Below are positions 19,258-27,484 of a DNA stretch of 41,264 bases, one piece after another. Under the pieces are notes generated by a model that made no database searches, was not told the origin of the DNA, and saw only the letters and a program-made list of their open reading frames with translations. The translations under genes and the position numbers were made by a program. This stretch comes from Escherichia phage 216Ecol046PP, in sequence record PP328844.1. The stretch is one strand, 5' to 3'. How positions within the stretch are numbered: position 1 is the first letter of the stretch; every line of letters begins with the position of its first letter.

Positions 19258-19268
19258 GGAGGTGACGA

Positions 19269-20837
19269 ATGGCTGAACGTGAAGGGTTCGCTGCTGAAGG
19301 CGCGAAGTCAGTTTATGATAGATTGAAGAACGGACGACAGCCTTACGAGACCCGCGCACAGAACTGTGCTGCCGTGACTATCCCCTCGCTATTTCCTAAG
19401 GAGTCCGACAACTCGTCTACGGAATACGTGACGCCGTGGCAAGCTGTAGGTGCTCGCTGCTTGAACAACTTGGCTGCGAAGCTGATGTTGGCATTATTTC
19501 CCCAGTCACCGTGGATGCGACTGACAGTCTCCGAATATGAGGCTAAGACCTTGAGTCAGGACTCAGAGGCTGCTGCTCGTGTTGACGAGGGGCTTGCTAT
19601 GGTCGAGCGTGTGTTGATGGCCTACATGGAGACCAACAGTTTCCGTGTGCCATTGTTCGAAGCTCTGAAGCAGCTTATCGTCTCCGGTAACTGTCTGCTT
19701 TACATTCCAGAGCCTGAACAGGGTACTTACAGTCCTATGCGAATGTACCGCTTAGTGTCCTACGTTGTTCAACGTGATGCTTTCGGTAACATCTTACAGA
19801 TTGTGACTCTCGACAAGGTAGCGTTTAGTGCTCTACCGGAAGACGTGAAGTCTCAACTAAACGCAGACGACTATGAGCCTGACACAGAGCTGGAAGTGTA
19901 TACGCACATTTACCGTCAGGACGACGAGTATCTGCGCTACGAGGAAGTGGAAGGCATTGAGGTAGCAGGGACCGATGGTTCTTACCCACTGACTGCCTGT
20001 CCATACATCCCGGTACGAATGGTTCGACTGGACGGTGAAGACTATGGTCGCTCTTATTGCGAGGAGTATCTGGGAGACCTGAACTCGCTGGAGACGATTA
20101 CAGAAGCTATCACCAAAATGGCTAAGGTAGCCTCCAAGGTGATTGGCCTCGTTAACCCGAACGGTATCACGCAACCTCGACGTCTGAACAAGGCGGCTAC
20201 AGGTGAGTTCGTGGCTGGTCGCGTTGAGGACATCAACTTCCTACAACTGACGAAAGGTCAGGACTTTACGATTGCTAAGTCGGTGGCTGACGCTATCGAG
20301 CAACGTTTAGGCTGGGCCTTCCTTCTTAATAGTGCTGTTCAGCGTAATGCCGAGCGAGTCACTGCTGAAGAGATTCGTTATGTTGCTGGCGAACTGGAGG
20401 CGACCTTAGGTGGCGTGTACTCAGTACAATCCCAAGAGCTTCAGTTACCTATCGTCCGTGTGCTGATGAACCAACTTCAGTCTGCTGGCATGATTCCTGA
20501 CCTTCCGAAAGAAGCTGTAGAGCCTACTGTCTCAACTGGTCTGGAAGCGTTAGGTCGTGGTCAGGACTTGGAGAAGCTAACTCAGGCGGTTAACATGATG
20601 ACTGGTCTTCAGCCGCTATCTCAGGACCCGGACATCAACTTGCCGACCCTTAAGCTACTACTCCTGAACGCTCTGGGTATCGACACCGCTGGCCTACTCC
20701 TGACGCAAGACGAGAAGATTCAGCGCATGGCTGAGCAGTCGTCTCAACAGGCAGTTGTCCAAGGTGCTAGTGCTGCTGGTGCTAACATGGGTGCTGCTGT
20801 AGGTCAGGGAGCTGGTGAGGACATGGCTCAAGCCTAA
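19269..20837 (+). CDS. 8: Portal / head-to-tail connector protein (gp8 homologue)
   Basis: Collinear similarity to T7 gp8 from the MAE...GAKSVY.RLKN N-terminus onward. Confidence 0.96.
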   Translation: MAEREGFAAEGAKSVYDRLKNGRQPYETRAQNCAAVTIPSLFPKESDNSSTEYVTPWQAVGARCLNNLAAKLMLALFPQSPWMRLTVSEYEAKTLSQDSEAAARVDEGLAMVERVLMAYMETNSFRVPLFEALKQLIVSGNCLLYIPEPEQGTYSPMRMYRLVSYVVQRDAFGNILQIVTLDKVAFSALPEDVKSQLNADDYEPDTELEVYTHIYRQDDEYLRYEEVEGIEVAGTDGSYPLTACPYIPVRMVRLDGEDYGRSYCEEYLGDLNSLETITEAITKMAKVASKVIGLVNPNGITQPRRLNKAATGEFVAGRVEDINFLQLTKGQDFTIAKSVADAIEQRLGWAFLLNSAVQRNAERVTAEEIRYVAGELEATLGGVYSVQSQELQLPIVRVLMNQLQSAGMIPDLPKEAVEPTVSTGLEALGRGQDLEKLTQAVNMMTGLQPLSQDPDINLPTLKLLLLNALGIDTAGLLLTQDEKIQRMAEQSSQQAVVQGASAAGANMGAAVGQGAGEDMAQA

Positions 20838-20854
20838 ACTATCACTATAGGAAC
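20835..20854 (+). promoter_or_regulatory. Phage RNAP promoter (phi9-like)
   Basis: CCTAAACTATCACTATAGGAAC. Confidence 0.8.
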
Positions 20855-20945
20855 AACACAACTTGAGTGAGTGAACGCATAGCCAGCCGTAACGGGAGGG
20901 CAGGTTGTTGTGTTTCCTATTAACGACTTAAAGGAGAATGACTTA

Positions 20946-21830
20946 ATGTCTCAATCAGTTTATGCCGAGTTCGGCGTTAGTCCTAATGCAATCACTGGTT
21001 CCGTTGAGGACCTGAACGAACACCAGAAGTCTATGCTTGAACAGGACGTAGCTGTTCGTGATGGCGATGACGCTATTACCTTCAAGCAACTGGAAGCCGA
21101 AAACGAAGAGGCTACCGAAGAAGACGAGAACGTCGAAGAGACTGAAGGTGAAGAAGACCACGAGTCAGATGATGAAGAGTCTGAGACCGATGGTGAGCAG
21201 CCGGAGTTCATCGAACTAGGTGATGCGCCGAAAGAGCTGACTGAAAGTGTCACCGCTCTGGATGAAAACGAAGCTGCATTCGACGACATGGTGTCTTCTG
21301 CTGTAGAAGCTGGCAAGGTCACTGCTGATGAAATTACCGCTATCAAGGCTGAATACGCCAAGGACGGTAAGCTGTCTGACGCATCCTACGCTAAGTTGCA
21401 GGAAGCAGGTTACACAAAGCGTTTCGTAGATTCGTTTGTCCGTGGTCAGGAAGCTCTGGCTGAACAGTATGCTGCTGGTGTGGTTCGCTACGCTGGTGGT
21501 GCTGAACAGTTTAATCGCATCCTGTCACACCTTGAGTCCAACGACCCATCAACTCGTGAAGCACTTGAAGCTGCTATCGTTCGTAAGGACATTGCGACTA
21601 CCAAGGCTCTGCTGAATCTGGCTGGCAAGACTCTGGGTAAAGCTGTGGGTGTTAAACCTCAGCGTACCATCACCACTCAGGCTAAACCTGTGGTCGCACC
21701 TAAGGCTCCTCAGACCGAAGCATTCAGCTCCAAGGCTGACATGATTAAGGCTATGAGTGACCCGCGATACCTGCGTGACGCTAAGTACACGATGGAAGTC
21801 CGCGCTAAGGTAGCTGCCTCAAGCCTGTAG
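20946..21830 (+). CDS. 9: Capsid assembly scaffold protein (gp9 homologue)
   Basis: Acidic N-terminal half, C-terminal ...KAMSDPRY..DA.Y as in T7 gp9; start at ATG 20946 after AAAGGAG. Confidence 0.9.
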   Translation: MSQSVYAEFGVSPNAITGSVEDLNEHQKSMLEQDVAVRDGDDAITFKQLEAENEEATEEDENVEETEGEEDHESDDEESETDGEQPEFIELGDAPKELTESVTALDENEAAFDDMVSSAVEAGKVTADEITAIKAEYAKDGKLSDASYAKLQEAGYTKRFVDSFVRGQEALAEQYAAGVVRYAGGAEQFNRILSHLESNDPSTREALEAAIVRKDIATTKALLNLAGKTLGKAVGVKPQRTITTQAKPVVAPKAPQTEAFSSKADMIKAMSDPRYLRDAKYTMEVRAKVAASSL

Positions 21831-21833
21831 GAC

Positions 21834-21853
21834 TAAACTATCACTATAGGGAT
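21834..21853 (+). promoter_or_regulatory. Phage RNAP promoter (phi10-like) upstream of the capsid gene
   Basis: GACTAAACTATCACTATAGGGA. Confidence 0.85.
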
Positions 21854-21956
21854 ACCAATATACAGACTCAAGGTTTCCCTATTACTTCAGTCCATACGGA
21901 TTGGGCGTACAGTAAGTAATAAACTTTATCTTTCAATTGAATAGGAGAATTATCAT

Positions 21957-23006
21957 ATGGCAAACGTTCCGGGTCAGAAAGTTGGTACAGACCAAGGTAA
22001 AGGCAAATCTGGTTCCGACGCTCTTGCGTTGTTCCTGAAGGTATTTGCTGGCGAAGTCCTGACCGCATTCACTCGCCGCTCTGTAACTGCTGACAAGCAT
22101 ATTGTCCGTACCATTCAGAACGGTAAGTCTGCTCAGTTCCCGGTCATGGGTCGCACCTCTGGTGTGTATCTGGCTCCGGGTGAGCGACTGTCCGATAAGC
22201 GTAAAGGTATCAAACATACCGAGAAAGTGATTACCATTGATGGTCTGCTGACTGCCGATGTGATGATTTTCGACATTGAAGACGCGATGAACCACTATGA
22301 CGTGGCTGGCGAGTACTCCAACCAGTTGGGCGAAGCTCTGGCTATCGCTGCCGATGGTGCGGTACTGGCTGAGATGGCTATTCTGTGTAACCTACCGGCT
22401 GCATCTGATGAAAACATCGCTGGTCTTGGCAAAGCGTCTGTGCTGGAAGTTGGTACTAAAGCCGACCTGAACACTCCGGCTAAGCTGGGTGAAGCAATCA
22501 TCGGTCAACTGACCATTGCTCGTGCGAAGCTGACATCCAACTACGTTCCTGCTGGCGACCGTTACTTCTACACCACGCCGGACAACTACTCTGCGATTCT
22601 GGCTGCTTTGATGCCTAACGCTGCTAACTACGCTGCTCTGATTGACCCTGAGACGGGCAACATCCGTAACGTAATGGGCTTCGTTGTGGTTGAGGTTCCG
22701 CACCTGACTCAGGGTGGTGCTGGTGAGACTCGTGGTGACGATGGTATCACTATCGCTTCCGGTCAGAAACACGCATTCCCAGCGACTTCTAGCGAGACCG
22801 TTAAGGTTGCTCTGGACAACGTTGTGGGTCTGTTCTCTCACCGTTCTGCGGTTGGTACCGTTAAACTGCGTGACTTGGCGCTGGAACGTGACCGTGACGT
22901 CGATGCTCAGGGCGACCTGATTGTTGGTAAGTACGCTATGGGTCACGGTGGTCTGCGTCCTGAAGCAGCGGGCGCACTGGTTTTCACAGCAGCGTCAGCG
23001 GGTTAA
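21957..23006 (+). CDS. 10A: Major capsid protein 10A
   Basis: Collinear similarity to T7 gp10A (DKRKGIKHTEKVITIDGLLTADV.I.DIEDAMNHYDV, ALMPNAANYAALIDPE, KYAMGHGGLRPEAAG). Confidence 0.96.
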   Translation: MANVPGQKVGTDQGKGKSGSDALALFLKVFAGEVLTAFTRRSVTADKHIVRTIQNGKSAQFPVMGRTSGVYLAPGERLSDKRKGIKHTEKVITIDGLLTADVMIFDIEDAMNHYDVAGEYSNQLGEALAIAADGAVLAEMAILCNLPAASDENIAGLGKASVLEVGTKADLNTPAKLGEAIIGQLTIARAKLTSNYVPAGDRYFYTTPDNYSAILAALMPNAANYAALIDPETGNIRNVMGFVVVEVPHLTQGGAGETRGDDGITIASGQKHAFPATSSETVKVALDNVVGLFSHRSAVGTVKLRDLALERDRDVDAQGDLIVGKYAMGHGGLRPEAAGALVFTAASAG

Positions 23007-23269
23007 CGACCTTTAAGGCCCTCTCTACCGAGGGTCCTACCTTAGAGACGTATAGTTCTACGGTGGGAACCAGCTTGAAGGTTGACTTCCCGGAGCTTTC
23101 AGATGTGACCGACTGGTCGCTGCTTGATGTTACTACGCCTGATGGTGTTAGTTACTCCCGTAGAACCAACAGTCTCTACTTCAAGGCCACCTCTGGCGTG
23201 GAAGGTCTAGTGATTGTTGAGTATGACGGTTCGCCTGTGCGTTCCTTCAACGTATCTTTCACAAACTAA
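21957..23269 (+). CDS. 10B: Minor capsid protein 10B, produced by a -1 frameshift near the 3' end of 10A (predicted)
   Basis: G GTT TTC at 22979..22985 as in the T7 gene 10 frameshift site; the -1 frame stays open from there to TAA 23267..23269. Confidence 0.55.
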
Positions 23270-23273
23270 TTGA

Positions 23274-23314
23274 AACCCCTTGGGTGCCTTCGGGTGCTTG
23301 AGGGGTTTTTTTTG
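23274..23314 (+). terminator. T-phi-like late terminator
   Basis: AACCCCTTGGG...TTGAGGGGTTTTTTTTG, close to the T7 T-phi hairpin plus U-run. Confidence 0.85.
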
Positions 23315-23328
23315 CTTAAGGAGGGACT

Positions 23329-23415
23329 ATGGTCCTTATTTACACAGGGTTAGCACTATTCGTCTTATTCTGGGCGTACCTTCTGTCCAGCTCACCGTCT
23401 AGTGCCTATGACCGT
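23329..23415 (+). CDS. Possible small hydrophobic peptide ORF (28 aa) after the terminator
   Basis: RBS TTAAGGAGGG; very short, speculative. Confidence 0.2.
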
Positions 23416-23430
23416 TAAGGAGTAAAACCT

Positions 23431-23997
23431 ATGGCTCAATACATTCCACTGAATGCTAACGATGACTTAGATGCCATCAACGATATGTTAGCAGCTATCG
23501 GTGAACCAGCAGTCCTACAGCTTGACGAAGGCAATGCTGACGTCTCGAATGCTCAACGCATCCTGCATCGTGTCAATCGTCAGGTCCAAGCTAAAGGCTG
23601 GAACTTTAACATCAATGAAGCTGCTGTCCTGACACCTGATGTCCAAGACAATAGGATTCGATTCTTGCCGTCATACCTTCGTGTAATGACCGCTGGGGCC
23701 ACCAGCTACTACAGCAACATGGGTGGATACCTGTACGACCTGTCCACTCAGTCAACCACTTTCACCGACCCTATCACGGTAGAGCTTGTGGAGATGAAGC
23801 CATTCTCCGAGATGCCTGTGGTCTTCAGGGACTACATCGTCACTAAAGCTAGCCGTGAGTTCAACGCTAAGTTCTTCGGTAGCCCAGAGTCTGAACTGTA
23901 CCTTCGTGAGCAGGAAGCAGAACTCTATCAGCAGGTCATGGAATACGAGATGGATACTGGTCGCTACAACATGATGTCCGACATTGGGAGGGACTAA
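23431..23997 (+). CDS. 11: Tail tubular protein A (gp11 homologue)
   Basis: Similarity to T7 gp11 (GW.FN..E...L.PD, MEYEMD.G.YNM). Confidence 0.93.
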   Translation: MAQYIPLNANDDLDAINDMLAAIGEPAVLQLDEGNADVSNAQRILHRVNRQVQAKGWNFNINEAAVLTPDVQDNRIRFLPSYLRVMTAGATSYYSNMGGYLYDLSTQSTTFTDPITVELVEMKPFSEMPVVFRDYIVTKASREFNAKFFGSPESELYLREQEAELYQQVMEYEMDTGRYNMMSDIGRD

Positions 23998-26354
23998 TGC
24001 CGCTTATTACGCAAAGCATAAAAAATCTTAAGGGTGGCATTAGCCAACAGCCTGACATCCTGAGGTTCTCAGACCAAGGCGAGGCACAGGTTAACTGCTG
24101 GTCATCCGAGAGTGATGGACTCCAGAAGCGTCCACCTACAGTCTTCAAGCGACGTCTTAACATCGACGTTGGAAGCAACCCTAAGTTCCACCTGATTAAC
24201 CGTGATGAGCAGGAGCAGTATTACATCGTGTTCAATGGGTCAAACATTCAGGTAGTTGACTTGAGTGGTAATCAATACTCAGTGTCAGGTTCGGTAGACT
24301 ACGTTAAGTCCTCCAACCCACGAGATGACATCCGTGTCGTTACCGTGGCAGACTATACGTTCGTCGTTAACCGTAAGGTTGTCGTCAAAGGTGGAAGCGA
24401 GAAGTCACACTCTGGTTATAACCGCAAAGCACGAGCTTTAATTAACCTACGTGGTGGACAGTATGGTAGAACCCTTAAGGTGGGAATCAACGGTGGCGTT
24501 AAGGTCTCGCATAAGCTACCAGCAGGTAATGATGCCGAGAATGACCCGCCTAAGGTGGACGCTCAAGCCATTGGTGCAGCTCTGAGAGACCTTCTTGTCA
24601 CTGCCTACCCTACCTTCACGTTTGACCTTGGGTCTGGATTCCTGCTAATCACAGCTCCTTCAGGGACCGATATTAACTCAGTGGAGACGGAGGATGGCTA
24701 CGCTAACCAGCTAATAAGCCCAGTCCTAGACACTGTGCAGACAATCTCTAAACTACCTCTTGCCGCTCCTAATGGGTATATCATTAAGATTCAAGGTGAG
24801 ACAAACAGTAGCGCCGATGAATACTACGTGATGTATGACTCCAACACTAAGACGTGGAAGGAGACAGTGGAGCCGGGAGTTGTCACTGGGTTCGATAACA
24901 CCACAATGCCACACGCTCTGGTACGACAATCTGATGGCTCCTTTGAGTTCAAGGCTCTGGACTGGTCTAAGCGTGGTGCTGGTAATGATGACACAAACCC
25001 TATGCCTAGCTTCGTGGATGCTACGATTAACGATGTGTTCTTCTACAGGAACAGGCTAGGGTTCTTGTCAGGCGAGAACGTAATCATGAGCCGTTCAGCC
25101 AGCTACTTTGCGTTCTTCCCTAAGAGTGTGGCGACACTGAGTGATGATGACCCTATTGATGTAGCTGTAAGTCACCCTCGAATCTCAATCCTTAAGTATG
25201 CCGTTCCGTTTAGCGAGCAGCTACTACTTTGGTCGGATGAGGTTCAGTTCGTGATGACAAGCTCTGGTGTCCTTACCTCGAAGTCTATCCAGCTTGATGT
25301 AGGCTCAGAGTTTGCCCTAGGTGACAATGCCAGACCGTTCGCTGTAGGACGCTCAGTCTTCTTCTCAGCTCCTCGTGGGTCATTCACCAGCATTAAGCGA
25401 TACTTCGCTGTAGCTGATGTGTCTGATGTGAAGGATGCAGATGATACAACTGGTCACGTACTGTCCTACATCCCTAACGGGGTGTTTGATATTCAAGGTA
25501 CAGGGACTGAGAACTACATCTGCGTCAACTCTACAGGTGCATACAACCGTATCTACATCTACAAGTTCTTGTTTAAGGACGGCGTACAGCTTCAAGCCTC
25601 TTGGTCACACTGGGAGTTCCCTAAAGATGATAAGATTCTTGCGTCTGCTTCTATTGGCTCTACCATGTTCATCGTTCGTCAGCACCAAGGAGGGGTAGAC
25701 ATTGAGCACCTTAAGTTCATCAAGGAGGCAACTGACTTTCCGTCAGAGCCGTATAGACTCCACGTTGACTCCAAGGTGTCTATGGTCATCCCAATTGGCT
25801 CGTTTAATGCTGACACATATAAGACTACGGTTGACATTGGTGCTGCTTATGGTGGTAACGCTCCGTCTCCCGGTCGGTACTATCTGATTGACAGTCAGGG
25901 TGCTTATTTGGACCTTGGGGAATTAACCAGTATCTCTACTGTGATTACCCTCAACGGCGATTGGTCAGGACGTACAGTGTTCATCGGACGGCCCTATCTG
26001 ATGTACTACAAGTTCTCACGGTTCCTGATTAAGATTGAAGATGATAGTGGCACTCAGTCTGAAGACACTGGTCGTCTACAGCTTCGTCGGGCTTGGGTCA
26101 ACTACAAGGACACTGGCGCTCTGAGACTCATTGTCAGAAACGGTGAGCGAGAGTTCGTTAACACCTTTAATGGGTACACCCTTGGTCAGCAAACCATAGG
26201 GACTACTAACATTGGTGACGGGCAGTATCGCTTCGCTATGAATGGTAACGCATTAACCACGAGTCTAACCTTAGAGTCCGACTATCCTACCCCAGTGTCA
26301 ATCGTTGGATGCGGATGGGAGGCGTCATACGCTAAGAAAGCTCGTTCCGTCTAA
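23997..26354 (+). CDS. 12: Tail tubular protein B (gp12 homologue)
   Basis: Size (785 aa), position and T7-like similarity. Confidence 0.94.
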   Translation: MPLITQSIKNLKGGISQQPDILRFSDQGEAQVNCWSSESDGLQKRPPTVFKRRLNIDVGSNPKFHLINRDEQEQYYIVFNGSNIQVVDLSGNQYSVSGSVDYVKSSNPRDDIRVVTVADYTFVVNRKVVVKGGSEKSHSGYNRKARALINLRGGQYGRTLKVGINGGVKVSHKLPAGNDAENDPPKVDAQAIGAALRDLLVTAYPTFTFDLGSGFLLITAPSGTDINSVETEDGYANQLISPVLDTVQTISKLPLAAPNGYIIKIQGETNSSADEYYVMYDSNTKTWKETVEPGVVTGFDNTTMPHALVRQSDGSFEFKALDWSKRGAGNDDTNPMPSFVDATINDVFFYRNRLGFLSGENVIMSRSASYFAFFPKSVATLSDDDPIDVAVSHPRISILKYAVPFSEQLLLWSDEVQFVMTSSGVLTSKSIQLDVGSEFALGDNARPFAVGRSVFFSAPRGSFTSIKRYFAVADVSDVKDADDTTGHVLSYIPNGVFDIQGTGTENYICVNSTGAYNRIYIYKFLFKDGVQLQASWSHWEFPKDDKILASASIGSTMFIVRQHQGGVDIEHLKFIKEATDFPSEPYRLHVDSKVSMVIPIGSFNADTYKTTVDIGAAYGGNAPSPGRYYLIDSQGAYLDLGELTSISTVITLNGDWSGRTVFIGRPYLMYYKFSRFLIKIEDDSGTQSEDTGRLQLRRAWVNYKDTGALRLIVRNGEREFVNTFNGYTLGQQTIGTTNIGDGQYRFAMNGNALTTSLTLESDYPTPVSIVGCGWEASYAKKARSV

Positions 26355-26369
26355 CTTATTGAAGGGCCT

Positions 26370-26414
26370 ATAGATTTACCTTAACTATCACTATAGGGAC
26401 TATAGGCCCTTAAG
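26370..26414 (+). promoter_or_regulatory. Phage RNAP promoter (phi13-like, core 26381..26400) embedded in a 12-bp perfect inverted repeat
   Basis: AAGGGCCTATAG ... CTATAGGCCCTT flanking TTAACTATCACTATAGGGAC. Confidence 0.75.
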
Positions 26415-26430
26415 GTTATAAGGAGACTTT

Positions 26431-26901
26431 ATGTATATTCGCAAGGCTACGGAACCAGATGTCCACTACTTTCTGTGGCATCTTTCAGCAGATGATGTTA
26501 ATGAGTGCAAAGCAAACTATGGGTCAACCGTTGGTCTCTCTGAAAGACTGCTTAAGCATCTATCTCCGTCATCTGTGGTTTTAACGAACGGTGTAGGCGA
26601 AGTGTTTGCCTATGGTGGCAACCAAGGGGATAACGTATGGTTCTTGACTTCCGGTCTTGTCTATGAGCTGAGACCTAAAGAGAAGCGAGAGTTCATAAAG
26701 CGTATATCTGAGTACAGGGACTTAATGTTAGACCAATACGGGACCATCTGGAACTACGTGTGGTCAGGCAATAAGTCTCACATTAAATTCTTGAAGTTGC
26801 TTGGCGCTAAATTCCATGATGATTGGACTGTAAGCCCGGTAACTGGTGAGCGTTTTCAACTATTCACTATCTCTAAGGAGGACGTATGTGCGAGCCAGTA
26901 A
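26431..26901 (+). CDS. Internal virion protein A (gp13-position), 156 aa
   Basis: Position between phi13 promoter and gp14; assigned by synteny. Confidence 0.6.
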   Translation: MYIRKATEPDVHYFLWHLSADDVNECKANYGSTVGLSERLLKHLSPSSVVLTNGVGEVFAYGGNQGDNVWFLTSGLVYELRPKEKREFIKRISEYRDLMLDQYGTIWNYVWSGNKSHIKFLKLLGAKFHDDWTVSPVTGERFQLFTISKEDVCASQ

Positions 26902-27473
26902 GTATCGGCATGGGTATTATGGCTGTAGCTGGTGCCACTATGTCCGCTTCTAGTCAGGCCAAAGCTGAGGGTGCTGCTATCGACGCTCAGAACCGTCAGG
27001 CTCAGGAGATGGTTAAGCAGATGAACTACTCTGACGCCAACCTGAGGATGCAGGAGCGAGACCTGAAGGAGCAGCAGATGGCTGAACTGACAGAGACCAC
27101 TCTAAACGGTATCCGCAATCAGGGTATGGTACGAGCTGCGGTGGCTGAGTCAGGTCTGGAGGGTAACTCTATGGACAGGATTGAACGTCAGGTCGATGGA
27201 GATACCGTCAAGGAGCGAGCAGGGATTACCGAAAGCTACAACCGTGACTATGCGGCTATCTTCGGGAACCGTATCGCCAACATTGAGAATACCAAGTCTG
27301 CTATCCGTGGTCAGGGTAAAATCATCAAGACCAGCCCACTGGCTCATGCACTTAATGTTGCTAACGCCGGGATGCAGGGATACGCTGCTGGTAAGTCAAT
27401 CTCTGGGGCATCAAGCTCTGGTGGTGCTGCACCGATTAGTGCTGCTAAAGGCACACCTACAGGTCATAGCTAA
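26886..27473 (+). CDS. 14: Internal virion protein B (gp14 homologue)
   Basis: MC... N-terminus, size 195 aa, similarity to T7 gp14. Confidence 0.85.
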   Translation: MCEPVSIGMGIMAVAGATMSASSQAKAEGAAIDAQNRQAQEMVKQMNYSDANLRMQERDLKEQQMAELTETTLNGIRNQGMVRAAVAESGLEGNSMDRIERQVDGDTVKERAGITESYNRDYAAIFGNRIANIENTKSAIRGQGKIIKTSPLAHALNVANAGMQGYAAGKSISGASSSGGAAPISAAKGTPTGHS

Positions 27474-27484
27474 GAGGAGGACTA

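Noticed and set aside
22392-22946. 184-aa minus-strand ORF inside the major capsid gene (similar antisense ORFs at 20960..21361, 37642..38151, 11891..12319, 7398..7721 and others)
   Set aside because: Antisense shadow ORFs within strongly supported + strand genes; T7-group genomes are transcribed entirely left to right and no minus-strand promoter or RBS is evident.
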